Shown here in pieces: positions 1 through 13,199 of a DNA stretch of 64,000 nucleotides. The notes under the pieces are model-generated. The model was not told the origin of the DNA and did not search any database. It worked only from the letters and a program-made list of their open reading frames with translations. Source of the stretch: Octopus bimaculoides (lineage: Eukaryota); assembly GCF_001194135.2 (NCBI RefSeq), contig NC_068982.1:33353009-33417008 (forward strand), written 5' to 3'. Every line of letters starts with the position of its first letter. The stretch's first letter is position 1. The translations under genes and the position numbers were made by a program.

Positions 1-183
1 GACACGTAAAAGCACCCACTACACTCTCTGAGTGGTTGGCGTTAGGAAGGGCATCCAGCTGTAGAAACTCTGCCAAATTAGACTGGAGCCTGGTGTTGCC
101 ATCCGGTTTCACCAGTCCTCAGTCAAATCGTCCAACCCATGCTAGCATGGAAAGCGGACGTTAAACGATGATGATGATGATGA
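1..183 (+). mobile_element. (ATG)n-tailed 3' module (RTE-LINE 3' end / SINE tail), young copy
   Basis: cactacactctctgagtggttggcgttaggaagggcatccagctgtagaaactc...ggaaagcggacgttaaac(gat)n; near-identical to 48270-48445 and 62130-62307. Confidence 0.85.
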
Positions 184-372
184 ACACAACACTAACAGAG
201 AAAGCATATTCCATCACTAGAATTTCAGGTTATCACACTCTCAATGCTCGAATTCATAAGAGAACTGTTATCAAACTGATAAAAATTCCTTAAAAGAACA
301 ACCCTAATGTTTTGTTAGTGCTAACACTAACTACATAATACCTTTTAAAAATTACATGCTAGTTCTTTTTAA

Positions 373-590
373 CCCTTTAGCATCTAAAACAGCCATATCT
401 GGCCCAAATATTCTATGTTTTATGTTCAAACTGGCCAGATCCAGGCTCCCACACCTACCCTACAACATCATTCTAAAAATATACAAGTACATTATTGAAA
501 TATTAAATCTAAAAGATAATGCATGATTAATTCAAAACAATGTGAATAAATAAGTATTAAATTTGACAGAGTAATCTGAATGCTAAAAGG
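373..590 (+). mobile_element. piggyBac-like MITE
   Basis: TTAA at 369-372 and 591-594; termini ccctttagcat...atgctaaaagg; non-coding; five more copies in the window. Confidence 0.75.
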
Positions 591-1031
591 TTAAATATGC
601 AACAGATTTGAAGCAGAGAAAACACTAGAACGTACTGAATTGTCTAGTGTCCTACTCGGACAAGTTGTGAGAATTCTTGTGGGATAAAAGGCAATGTCAA
701 TCTTAGAAAGCTGAGAATGCAAAATTTTGATGTAGCAAAGATACAGCCTGATATCCAATGCAATCCTTTATCATTTCCACTACACTTTACTTGTCATTGT
801 AATAACAGAAAGAGTGGCTGACAGAAATGGTAATGTGCCATCAGCTGCAGCTTTTTACATTCCTAAATAAAAAATTTTTCAAGGTTGACTTTGCCTTCCA
901 TTCTTACAAGGTCAATAGAATACGTATCGATTAAGTAGTAGGACTGATTAAATAATGTATGGCTTTCTGCCAATACTAGAAACTGTTATATAAACAGCAA
1001 CAAAAACAGAATCAGTAGTTTGCATACTTAC

Positions 1032-1060
1032 TCTGGCCATGTCTGTGAGAGATTTCCCTC
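1032..1060 (-). CDS. Probable 29-bp exon of the same gene
   Basis: Acceptor ctgttgtttttcttcttcag| and donor |gtaagt are both strong. Frame unresolved: EGNLSQTWP if phase 0, or GKSLTDMAR if phase 1. Confidence 0.55.
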
Positions 1061-1500
1061 CTGAAGAAGAAAAACAACAGAAGAAACAATAAATAAACAA
1101 TATTAATTCAATTTACAGCAGGGCCTCACATATTTAACATTATATTCAAAACCTTAATTATTTGAGCCACATTCAAATTACAAGTCAAAATCTCTACCTA
1201 AACATGATCAAAATGTTAGAAAAAATGTAAAATAAATTTGCAAGCAAGGGAGTTAAGCTTATTGAACTCGACCAAATTTTTGGAAAATAATGATAATGCT
1301 GTTAGGAGGAGATCTAGTTTTTAGTCAACTGGAGAAAGCAGTGGGTATTTCAATCTTATTAGATCTTATCAATGAAATGTTTCTACTTCAGTTAGGCATA
1401 GAAGTAACCACACACACACACACAGATATATATAATGAATAGGGCCAAAAGAAAATACCCCATGAAGTATTCTACAAGACATGTAGTAGTACTAGTAGTA

Positions 1501-1537
1501 ATGGTGGTAGTGGTGGTGGTGGTGGTGGTGGTGGTGG
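1501..1537 (+). repeat. (GGT)n microsatellite
   Basis: Direct reading; explains the poly-Thr ORF 1392-1625. Confidence 0.9.
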
Positions 1538-2269
1538 CAGAAGTACCAGTGCTGCTGCCACCTTTGCAACCATTCTTCAGGTAATCTTTCTTCCAAGTCA
1601 CTTCATGAAAAATCACATCAGTCAATGTCAGACACTAAGGTATGCATGGAAGAAATAGATATTTTCATGCAGGTTATCAACTCCAAAGCCTTATGTATCA
1701 TTAACTTATCAATCATATCATCGAATAAGTTTCCACAAAAGAGTGATTGGCAGCTATTTTACAAAGAAAGTTTTGATTTTTTTTTTTAAAGTGTCTAAAA
1801 AAACAAAAATCAGAAAAACTTAGCAACCAGTGGGTTGATGTTAATAAAAAAATGTTACTGAATGTAAATATATGAGAGGAAAAGATGTCTCCTACTGTGG
1901 CCCTGGGCCAATTGGGGCCTTGTGGGTGGATTAACTGAGGAAAGCCCATTGCGTGTGAGTGTGTACACCCTTGTCTAGACATCAAGTGATGGTTATAAAT
2001 GAGCATCAGTGTCATATAAGTGATACTGTTCATTTCCAATTTTCCATGAAAAACATGTCTGGCCTAGGGGAAAATATTACCTTGTTTGGAAAAAAACAGG
2101 AAGCTTTGATAATTTGTATATTGAATCCAAATGTGTAGTATAATGGTTGCAGTTGAGACTTGCAAATAATATGAATATAGTTTCTTCATAATCAAGTAAC
2201 GTAATACAAGAATATGATCCAAAAGCTCAAGTTCACAAGTTGCATTCAATTCTTAATACTCTTAAATAC

Positions 2270-2540
2270 ATTCCAGACCAGTGTCTGCAATCAAGTTGTC
2301 GATGTAAGTGTGACGACATTTTCCTCTTCTTACATCAACATGTAATGGATTCCACAAAACTAATTTGGATGCTTCCACTTCAAGGTGGCACACACAGCAA
2401 CCAGATAGTCACAGCCATCTTTGCCTGATCATCTCACTAACTTCTGGCAGGTCTCCATAAAGGCATTCATTTGTCATATGTTGTTACCATTTACGCATGT
2501 AGGGCCATTTGTGTAGCATCCTTGTATAGCCTGTTTAATA
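2270..2540 (-). mobile_element. Degraded RTE-clade LINE, ORF2 C-terminus
   Basis: Minus frame GYTRML...QHMTNECLYGDLPEVSEMIRQRWL*LSGCCVCHLEVEASKLVLWNPLHVDVRRGKCRHTYIDNLIADTGL matches the recalled post-RT motif TNEELYG...IRQRRLRLAGH...RGRP; contains stops. Confidence 0.7.
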
Positions 2541-2733
2541 ATTTCAAGGCAGTGATGATGGACTGACAAATGTGGCAGGTGGACTTTGTTGCGGCAGCCA
2601 TGATGATGATGATGATCTTGAAAAGGGTATGAATGTCTCACAATCTAAATCTTCCTCCTCTTAAAAATTTGTAGCTCGCAGTTTCTAAAAATATATTGCA
2701 CTACATATCATTGAACAAAATAAGTATATCAAA

Positions 2734-2947
2734 TGGTGCTGGTGCCATGTAAAAAGCACTCAGTCCACTCTATGAAGTGGTTGGTATTAAGAAAGGCATG
2801 CAGCTGTAAAAAAAAAACATGCCAAAACAGACAATGAAGCCTGATGCGGTCTTCTGCCTAACCAGCCCTTGTCAAACCCTCCAACCCATGCCAGCATGGA
2901 AAACAGATGTCAAATGATTATGATGATGATGATGATGATGATGATGA
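2734..2947 (+). mobile_element. Diverged copy of the (ATG)n-tailed module
   Basis: gtggttggtattaagaaaggcatgcagctgt...ccaacccatgccagcatggaaaac...(gat)n. Confidence 0.75.
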
Positions 2948-4420
2948 AACACTTGGAAGTTTTAAAAATTTTACATGACATAGTCAGTCTAGTGAAAACA
3001 GTGGCAAAATCTCTCTGAAATCACACCCTACTTGAAAAAGGGGAAAAAAAGGAGAAGAGAAGACATAATAGGTACACCAACCAGGATGGTCACAGTTGGA
3101 ATATCTTCGACTGTATGTCTATTCAATCATGGCTCACTTGTGACTAAATGACAGCAACTTGAAGGATGTCATGTCTCATTTGAACTTAATTGTGTTACAT
3201 CAGCTTGGCCATATTACAATGGGTGACTAGCTTTACAAATTTGAATATCTGCAGGAGAATGTTGTTTTGTCCCAAATCAACTGCTCAAACAGACTGTGAC
3301 AATCTTCTATACCTCTAACTGTTTCTGGAGGTGGGGTTACCCGGGTACATTATATCCGGAGTTATGTTATGGTGTTATTTTTTTCAAACAGTTAATATGA
3401 TCTGAAGATGATCTGGCGGTTATTTCTACAATGTCAAACAACAAGGTAAATGCTCCCTTTGTTGTCACTTTCTACATAAATTATTAGAGCAGGTGTTAAC
3501 TTTCCTTTCAATGTTGAGATGAAAGTCAAGTTTATTTTGGGCGGGATTAAGACAAAACAGTTAACAAGTGTTTTATATTATATAAAGCACAATCATTGAA
3601 CAATATCACAAAATAGGAATTTTTTAAAAATCCAAAATATTTTCACCATCATTTACGGAGAAAAATGAAAGCGAAATAAAGACAAAATATTCGATTAATC
3701 TTCATAAAACCTTACCAAATTGGTCAAAAATTTGTGTTATATCAGACACCACAGAGCAGAATGACCAAATTATTTCAGTACATGAAAGGTCATTGATATG
3801 TTAACTTATTTAGTTTTGTGTAATACTGGAGTTGTTACCAGTCATATGACTTGGTAACATGTCATATGATTGGTAACAAGACAACCAGCTTTTGGTGTAA
3901 CCAACCAGGCAGTGGAGCTTCTCCTACAGGTAATACAGAAATACTAAAACCAAGTATTCTTAGATGTCTTTCAAAATTCAAGGAAAAATATTCAGGAGTT
4001 AAATAAATTAATCCGCCAAGCCAAATATGAACTAAAACCACTGTTTATTTATCTATGGGGTCCAGAAAAGCAATCTAGAGTCATTTAAGAAGAATGTGAA
4101 GTAGTAGAGTGATAAATAGTGTTTTATGTCAATGACTAAATATCAGTACCCCCGTGGTGGTCAAAAGAATGAGTAGTATAAAGGGGTAAGATAGGTAGGT
4201 ATAGCGCAACAAATTAATAAATAAATATATATAATAAATGAAATATAGGTCAGATGAGCAGCTACTAGTGCTTCTTTCCTGACCTTCCTTGGGTATTTAT
4301 TTCTTAGATGTTCTTCTTCACCCTGACCTCTTCTCATCTTAATTCTGACCTAAAAACTGACTGGAGAAATGTATCAGAATACTACATAATTTCAGGAGAA
4401 TTGATCAGTAGAAGGTTTAC

Positions 4421-4467
4421 AGAGACGAAGCCCTGTTCTTGCAAGTGTTTCAGCCTTAACTCCTTTT
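4421..4467 (-). CDS. Candidate exon (unresolved)
   Basis: Acceptor ctttgtaatttcag| with a weak donor |gtaaac; phase-1 reading (E)KELRLKHLQEQGFVS. Does not follow the phase-0 end of the 7051 exon directly. Confidence 0.25.
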
Positions 4468-5399
4468 CTGAAATTACAAAGAGTTTCAACTTCACATTTC
4501 ACCCTTTTGCAATCAATCTATCATACCACCATCACTACAGGAAATGATATTGTGTGGAAGAAAGGAATCAGTATAAATTAATATTCATAATCTAGGAAGA
4601 AAGCAAAAATCAAAAAAAAAATCATGATTTCATATTAAGGCTTTGACAGAGTAGTAGCAACAAGCAGGAATCAAAAACCAAGCCATGGATAGACTGCTCA
4701 TCAGGAACTCACTTTCACAGCCATCACAGAATCCTATCATAATTTACAACTGTGGTACAAGATTACAAAAGAGCAGGGAAGATATGTAATGTAGCAAATT
4801 GCACTCACTCCCAGTATATAACAGGTACTTGTAATCACAAAACAAGAGGGATGAGAGGCAAAGTCAACTCAGAACATAAAGAGATATGATACTGCATTGT
4901 ATTTAATTCAGTTCCACTACTTCTGTTATCCCACCACAGCTGTCGTACCAAAAAGTTGGTAAGTTAGCTAACTAATTTTGTTTATAATACCTTGCCATAA
5001 TAATAAGTTCTTGCATAAATTGAATAATAAGGGAAATGAGATTGTATTGAGTCTATTCTAAAAAAGCATTAGTCACATAACTGAACAAAATTAAATCACA
5101 ACTAAAAATAGTAACTAGGCCACAAACTCAACTTGTTTAGAACATATTCTAACTCTGGCACATGCCACATCTACCACAATAATCTTAGTAGCTGCACAGA
5201 CACAGCTACATAACTATTCCATCCCTACAGCAACCACCTAGATACCTGCTCTAGACAAATAGACTAAAAGAAGCACTTAGCAAAACCACCTTCTCTCTCT
5301 TCTTAACAGCAATATAAAAAAAAACAATACAACTAGCATACTCAGCAACAGAAACATACTACAGGCATAGAAGACGAAATATTAGGAATTACCTTCAGT

Positions 5400-5402
<3 letters not shown>

Positions 5403-5455
<53 letters not shown>
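5403..5455 (+). repeat. (CA)n microsatellite
   Basis: Direct reading. Confidence 0.95.
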
Positions 5456-5457
<2 letters not shown>

Positions 5458-6279
5458 GAAGGCAAAGTAATACATACAAACATGAAGTAAGAAGACAAGA
5501 TAAAACATACACATGCACACTCTCTCTCTCTCTAAAAGCATCCACAGGCATATCACATTTAGCAAAGAACAATATGATATATATTACGTCAGATGTCAGA
5601 TTTGGTTGGGCCTCTAGGTCTTCACAAGTTACAATAAACTACAAAGAATATAAAAATACAACACTTCGCATTATCATGGGTTGCACACAGACTACACATG
5701 ATGAAAGAAAACCACTGATGATGAAAGAAAACCAATCACGATGAAAGACCACCTTGATATGCGAGTTTGTCTCGGCAGAAAGCTTTAATTCACATAATCC
5801 CAGTCTCTACAAAAGCACCAGGTGCATCCAACTCCACAAAGCCTATAGTACTACTAATTCTGTGCAGTCCAGATTAAGAAGAAATAAAGCACATAAACAC
5901 AAACATTTCAGCAGTATCAGTAACCCTATAAGTGCCAAACAGTGGATTTAGATGTACACAATCAAAAATATATATGAAATAACAACTATAGTATTCAAAC
6001 CAAATCTATATGGCCAGCTACAGCTATGACTACCAACAGAACTAACAAGCATACACAACAACCTAAACCATTACCCACCTACTTTTTTTTTTTTTCAGAT
6101 GATATGATGTGATCTGAGGAAGATTTGGCTACTAAATCCAGCAGGCCATGCAATCACATTAGATTCCTTTATGAGATTGAGAGGTTTCATTGTAGAATAG
6201 AAGACAAACAAGAAAGTAAAACACAGAACACTTGGAGGCACTGCATTCAGCCTAAACAAAAATCTGCTAATAATACATT

Positions 6280-6530
6280 GTGTGTAGCCTAGTGGTTAGG
6301 GTGTTACACTCACTGTCATAAAGATTGTGGTTTTGATTCCTGAACCAGGCAGTGTATTGTGTTTCTGAGCAGTTCACTCAACTGTAAAGGAGTTCCAGCA
6401 ATAGCTGGGAAGTTAATCCTGTGATGGACCAGCATCCTGTTCAGTGGGGAGTGTTGTAATCTCAGTCATATGCCATGGGAACTGGGTTAAGATCCGGCTT
6501 AAGTCCTAAGGTTCATGAAAGACTGACTGA
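6280..6530 (+). mobile_element. Old tRNA-derived SINE
   Basis: A-box-like tagcctagtggttag and B-box-like gttttgattcc. Related segments occur at 28915-29060 (+) and 55500-55690 (-). The central part recalls V/Meta-type SINE domains (from memory). Confidence 0.55.
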
Positions 6531-7050
6531 ATAATACATTAAATCAATCTTGGATTTGCCAGAATGACCTGAGAGTTATAAATGGCAACCAAATCATCCC
6601 TTATTGTCTTTGGAATGGGCATATCGTATAACTTTCATCTTTTACTTGTTTGTCATTTGACCATGGCTGTGCTGGGACCTTGAAATTTCAGTTGAATGCA
6701 TCGGTCTCAGTCCTTACTTTTTTGAAGCATGGTACTTACTCTATCAGTCTCTTTTGCTGAGCCATTAAGTTACAGGGATATAAACACATTGACACTAGTT
6801 GTCAAGCAGTGGTGCAGCCCCNNNNNNNNNNCACTCTCTTTGATTTATATTTCTTAAGGATCACTGATCCAAGTATTCTTGAAGTGTTACCATCTACAAT
6901 AAACATCATTCGAAGATGTCTGTGGGTTATAGTTATTTTATTGGTATTCTACATATATGTAAGCTTTGTTGGTTCATATTTAATGCATCACCTTGATATA
7001 CAATAATATACTCAGTACGAACATAAGATTGGATATAAAAGCAAATTTAC

Positions 7051-7112
7051 CAGTGACCAGACAGGAGCTGAAGAAGATCGTTTTGAACTATCCAAAAATT
7101 TGGTAGATTGGA
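7051..7112 (-). CDS. Post-C1 linker exon
   Basis: Acceptor ttttctgttttctcattccag| and donor |gtaaat; 62 bp, phase 1 to 0; (V)QSTKFLDSSKRSSSAPVWSL. Phase matches the 7887 exon. Confidence 0.65.
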
Positions 7113-7886
7113 CTGGAATGAGAAAACAGAAAAGTTAATTATTACACAAGAAATACACATAGTCACTAATAAGGCAAAAAATTAGTAACTGTTTTACATT
7201 TTGAATTTTTAAAAATCATTTAAAACTTATAAAATAATTTCATCATACTTTTAATGCTAATAGATGAGAAAGACTTCTNNNNNNNNNNNNNNNNNNNNNN
7301 NNNNNNNNNNNNNNNNNNNNNNNNNNNNNNNNNNNNNNNNNNNNNNNNNNNNNNNNNNNNNNNNNNNNNNNNNNNNNNNNNNNNNNNNNNNTATTTATCT
7401 AAAATATAAGAAATAAAGAGTGTAGCAGTAATCAGTAAGTTATTGTATAGAGTTATATAGATCAGGATAAACTCATAGATCTACTTTTCCCCAAAGAAAT
7501 GTAACTGCCAATTCAAAATGTCAACATTTTGAACAGAATTTGGCATTCTGCTGAGTTAAAATGAAATCCAATGAGCATATAGAGCTAATACTTTTATTAT
7601 TAATGATTAAGATTACAGGAGCCAAGAATAGAAGATGAAAAAAAAAAAGTTGCCTTCAAAGAACAGAGGCTAGTCCAATGAGACATATCTGAAATTATTC
7701 CGCAGGGGGAATTGCATCAACCCCAGTGTTTGACTGGTTCTTATTTTATTGACCCCCAAAAGATGAAAGACAAAGTCAACCTCAGTGAAATTTGATCTGA
7801 GACCATAAAACTGGAAGAAATGCAGCATAAAGATTCATAAATGAAATGAAATGTAACAAAAATTACAGCATATAATGGAAACTAAC

Positions 7887-7947
7887 CCGGAGCACTTGGA
7901 TACTGCTTTTCTCGAAGACCATGATTGCTGCCTTCTTGAAGTGTTGC
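7887..7947 (-). CDS. Post-C1 linker exon
   Basis: Acceptor ttctttcaacag| and donor |gttagt; 61 bp, phase 0 to 1; ATLQEGSNHGLREKQYPSAP. Phase matches the 14568 exon. Confidence 0.7.
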
Positions 7948-8543
7948 CTGTTGAAAGAATTGAAAAGGGATATTTTATTTACAATAGCTGACAATTCTAT
8001 AAACAAAATATAGTTTACCTCCTCCATTTTCAAATATTATAAATGATATAAGTTCAAGTTATGGAGTTTCTTATAACCCATTAGGACACCACTGAAAATT
8101 TTATCCCCATAGTGTGATACCTGAGGCAAGTTAGTTTATCAAATGCCACCCACTCTTCAAAAAGGAGTTGAACTCAGAACTAAAAGCAATGAAAATCACA
8201 AATCAATTTTTTTATGCCTCTTTTTGCTTGCAGTAGAGAATTATTTCTACTTTGCAGAGATTGGGGCATTTGGCAGTTCAGGGTCTAGGCAACCGATACC
8301 ATGCAGAACTTAACCATTCCTATATACTATGTTAAACAAAAATGAAAAGATGAAAATTGAAATGTTAATAAAAAAAATATAAGACAGATTAAAGTTTCAA
8401 GTTATTCAGAAATAAAAATTCTTGCATACTCCAATTGTATTTTAAGTGAGATAGGCTCATTTTATCACAAACTGTAAATTTTACTAGTCTTCTGGATTGT
8501 AACTATTCTTATCCCTTATTTTTAATTGTCCAACAGTTGAAAG

Positions 8544-8803
8544 CAGTGGTTCTCAACTGGGGTCCATATGACCCTTCAGGGTCCATAACACATTTTGTTG
8601 TAAAAATTTATGAGCAATAAATTGGTTATGCTTTTACAATACACAAAATATTTAAACTTTTTTTTTTATAGAATTCCTAACAATATTAAATTCTAAAAAT
8701 ATAAATATAGGATTTTTTAAAACATCGAATGGCTATGAGAGTCCACCCAAGTATAATAGGAATTAAAGGGATTCATAGGTAAAAAAATGGTTAAGAACTG
8801 CTG
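8544..8803 (+). mobile_element. hAT/Charlie-like MITE
   Basis: Termini cagtggttctcaac...gttaagaactgctg; flanking 8-mers gttgaaag/gtctaaag; homologous to 22547-22764. Confidence 0.7.
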
Positions 8804-10692
8804 GTCTAAAGCGTTAAAAGAAAGATGCTTTTATAAAACTAGGTAACATATATACACTGAATACAAAATTCTGAACTATAAAGAAAAATAACTAACTCAG
8901 CACAAAAGCTTTGGTAATCTGTGATCAATTTTCATATTGATCATCAATATAATGTCTATTTCACCATACTTGCATGGATCAGATGGAATCTGCTGCAAGC
9001 AGATTTTCTACAGCCAGACACTCATCAACTCTCACTTCTTTCTAAGCAGGTGAGGGTTGATGAGAGGCAGAGTGTCTCTTCTAATTCAGACGTGTTTTCA
9101 AAGGAGATTGGAAACAAATACACCACTTGTAAGATGATGTTTCTTTACAATTAGTGCATGTTGTCAAGGTAAGAATACACACACACACAATAGGTTTCTT
9201 TTTGGTTTCTGCCTGCCAAATTCACAATGCTTTGGTCAGACTGTTGCATATGTTGCACATTGAGACTGAACTCAAAACAATGTGGTTGCAAAACAAACTT
9301 CTAAATAGCTATACCTGCACCTATTAATATGTAAGACAGCTTCATAAATTTATAAAATTAAACAGCCAAACAATTTATTTTTCTTTTGTTAGTTGGAAAG
9401 GTCCCTTGCTATATACATTTGATAGATTGCAACTTCATAGAAAAGACAAACAGTAAACTAAATTAAAGACATATTTGAATAATCAAATTCTTGAAATACA
9501 AAAATTGAAGTCAATGACATTGTTAAACTATGTATATTAATTAATTTGCTTATGTAAGTGAGTTTTAAATGTAAATTTCTTTCTTTAAAGTATAATTTAA
9601 ACTAAATCATTCAAATCAATAAAATAAATACATAAAACTGACACTAATTTGGAGAATGTTTACTAACAGCATATAATCTATAGGTCAGATTAAAAAAGAA
9701 AAATCAATTATATCAATATTTTCTGCATAAGCCCTTGAAAGCTTTTTTATATTTCTTTTTCAGGTAGAATCAAATATTTGCTTAGTAAATAAACTGACTG
9801 CAACCACAGTTTGTTCAGTCAGGACGCGACAACAAATAATGTTGAGCATAGAGTATCAAATCAATTTATGTCAAATCTGTGAAAACAGACAGAATAGGTG
9901 TCTAACATAAACCAATGAGATAACAATCAACCAATCAAAGCACAAAGGACATTTTTTTTTTCTCTCAGTAAAAAACAAAAAAAATCAATTTTGATTGTCA
10001 ATGTTATACAGCATTATGCTTATACACCAATATTTATTCACATAACCTTGGAAATGTATTCAGTTAAAGTTAATAGGGAAGAATTTCAAATTTCTATCAG
10101 CAATATAACATGTGAACTAATTCGTCACAATAACACAATTTTAATATTTTGGCTTCTTTCGCAAAGAATAATTTATAAAATACAGATAATACACACACAG
10201 TAAATACAAATAATACACACTGGATAAATTTTCAATAATTTTTTGCAATATCCTTAATTATTGCAAATAGGTTACAACTATTACTTGTATTACCAACAAA
10301 AGATAAGATCTCATATGAAATATTTGGTATCAGAAGCTTGTTTTAGTTAAAAATATATTTACCTTTAATTATAAGAGACTAAACTAAGAAAAACAAACAG
10401 AAAAGACTAAAATTAGTCTACTGAACGAGAAATAGATAAGTGATCTGGTTCTGCTGGATGAAAACTTATATAAACATTGGTGATACATCAAAGACAATTA
10501 GTTATAATAACCTGAAATAGCTAAAAGCTAGTTTAATCAGCCTAGAAAGAACTTCAAGTAAAAAACTGGTTCATACCCAAGTGTAGTCAAAATGATGGTG
10601 GGAGGGAGTGGAGGGCAGAGGAAAAGAGCAGTCCAAAATATCAAATATTCAAAAGTAACTTATATTAGTAATTTCCAATTTATCAGGAGATT

Positions 10693-11176
10693 AGGTGCAG
10701 AGGTGGCTGTGTGGTAAAAACGTTTGCTTCCCAACCACATGGCTACAGATTCAGCTCCACTGTGTGTCATCTTGGGCAAATGTCTTGTACCACAGCTCAG
10801 GGTCAACCAAAACCATATTAGATTTGATAGATGGAAACTGAAAGAAGCCTGCCGTAGTGTGTGTCTGTGTATGTGTGTGTGTGTGTGTCTCTCTCTCTCT
10901 CTCCCCCTCTCTCCCCCTCTCTCTCTCCTTGTCTTGACATTGCATGATGGTTGTAAAATGACTGTCAGTGTCATACAAGCAGTGCCAATCATTTCCAAAA
11001 TTCTGCAAGAACATACCTGGCAATGGGGAAATATTATCTTGCTTGGAAATAGGTGAGATTTGGCAACAGGAAGGGCATCCAACAATAAAAATTCCATCTC
11101 AATAAACTCTGTCCAACCCATGCAAGCATGGAAAGGTGAACATTAGAATGATGATGATGATGATGATGATGATGAT
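10693..11176 (+). mobile_element. Composite tRNA-SINE: tRNA head, (GT)/(CT) microsatellite, body and (ATG)n tail module
   Basis: Head gtggctgtgtggtaaaaacgtttgcttcccaaccacatgg...gattcagctcc; 3' end aggaagggcatcc...ccaacccatgcaagcatggaaag...(gat)n. Confidence 0.8.
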
Positions 11177-11479
11177 GGTGTGGTGCTCATATAAAGTTGA
11201 AAGATTTAAGGAAAAAAAAAAATCATTTCACAGTTTTTACTGAACAGATTCTCAAAAATACCAACTGTGAATCAGTTTTCCTAATGATTTATACATCTAT
11301 AACTCACCTCTATATTAATACAGGTATTCAAAAGCTATTAAAATGTTTTCTCAATTGCTACCAACAAACTCATCCTATATTTTCTTTGTTGCAAATAATT
11401 TCACAAATATTTTTCAACCCAGTAAGCATATATCTAGTTTCTTTCCAAACATAGCATATCCTCAACTTCCAATTCACCA

Positions 11480-11790
11480 GCATACAATATTAGAGAAGTT
11501 CGTTCATTTTAAAGTACTCTTCTCTAAATATCTTTAGAGTATGATAGACCCTAACTCCACTGCTTATTATCAGTTTCACTTCCAACATTATTTCAAATAG
11601 CTAAGGTAACACAACTTATTTTCTGCTTGCAGTGATTCATTACTACAGATAATGGCCTTAGCAGAAGACTTTGGCACTCTGCCTATTGCGTCAGAACATT
11701 TTGAACATTTGAGGTGTTGGTGAGCCATCAGTCAACAGGAATGCCACTACAGCTCTTGCACATGTACAGACTGCACTACTCCTACACAGT
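11480..11790 (-). mobile_element. Degraded RTE LINE fragment from the Cys-rich (PHD-like) insert and late RT region
   Basis: Broken frames CSLYMCKSCSGIPVD / LKCSKCSDAI / NESLQAENKLCYLSYL / YFKMNELL resemble recalled HKRCSG...C.RC.GAI...LEVVDSFCYLGD...KFRELL. Confidence 0.45.
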
Positions 11791-12857
11791 ATTGAAATTT
11801 TACTTACTATATTGCATTACTTAACAAGGAAAATCTAGTTATTCTATCAAAATCATGATCACTGATTTCTCATCATTCCCCTTTTTTTTTAACTATCTAA
11901 CCTCCAATGTTATGGACTCCTTTTTTCTTCTCCTTCAGGTTATATATAGCCTTAAACTAAATGGTCCATCTGCTTTTAAATGTGTTCATCTCTTTTATTT
12001 AATAACTCATCAACATAGCACTTCAGTGTGAATCTCATTACACAAACTTATGCTTTTAGTCACAGGCCAGTCCTGATCAAATAGACCTACAATGAAAAGC
12101 ATTCCAGCATGACCAATCCATCTTGTTTTCAAGCATTGTATACCCCAGGCTGTGCCGTTGTTTAAGACGGTAGTGCATAATTTGAAGTCAACTTTAGCAG
12201 CTATTTCTAGTATATCAACCAAACAGATAGCAGCTTCTTTGATTGTCAATAAAAAAGAAAGTTCAAAAATTTCAAGAAATATTCCAAGGATTCTTTGGAC
12301 AAAGAGCACTACAATATATGGTCTCAGTTTGAATGAAAAACTTACAGCTAGAAGACTTTACAGAGCCTCCAAGACTGAAACCACAGACCTAACCTTGCAA
12401 TGGAGGCAACTCTGCTAAAGGCACCAAAGGTGCCAGGTGATAGAGTTCTTTATTCTATCCAACCAAGTTTCAATGAATAGGTTATGCCAATTCAGGAATA
12501 TGTAAATTGTAATTGTTTTTGTTCATTTGAACACAGAGGTACTAAGTTTAACGAGAATTGTTTCATTAAAATCACCAGAAAGAAATAGTTATTTTCATGA
12601 AGATATACCAACAACATTTACTTATTTCTGACATTGTTAAAACTAATGTTTTAAAATGATATTGTAGCATGTCTTTTCTTTAAAAAAAAAAATATTCAAG
12701 AGAAATATCTTGCTAAGTCATAATTGTTCAAATTTAAAATTGAAATAAATAAAATAATTTTTTACACAACAAATTTCATTAACATTATAAATAAAAATTT
12801 GTTTCTTCGCAAAAGTTTTTTTTAACAAGTTAGTGTTAATGTGTAAGAGATGATTAC

Positions 12858-13069
12858 CACTTAAGCATTTGGATTACTCTATCATATACAATGCTTATTT
12901 ACATTGTTTTGAATTTATCATATTATCTTGGAGCTTTGAGATTTCAATGATGTGATTGCTTATTTTCACAATGACATTTGAGGGTAGGTGTGAAGCCTGA
13001 TCTGCCCAGTTTGAACATAAAACAGGTAGAAAATTTGGACCTCATATGGCCAATTTAAATACTAAAGGG
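12858..13069 (-). mobile_element. piggyBac-like MITE, diverged
   Basis: Reverse complement of the 373-590 family; ends actaaaggg|ttaa. Confidence 0.7.
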
Positions 13070-13199
13070 TTAATGATGGATCACTTCATTTCCAGAAAGA
13101 TTATTAGAATTTTCCATAACCTCAGAAATGTGATATAGTTAATTTTCTTTCTTTTTTTTATTATTAGTTAGAAGACAAAAGGCAGTATCTATGACATCT

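Noticed and set aside
10660-11121. 153-aa ORF and overlapping ORFs
   Set aside because: They lie within a SINE and its microsatellites.
12010-12418. Overlapping 88-99 aa ORFs; 29-bp exon-like segment near 12346-12374
   Set aside because: Partly the unclassified repeat family; the segment's only open phase (2 to 1) does not fit the flanking exons (0/0).
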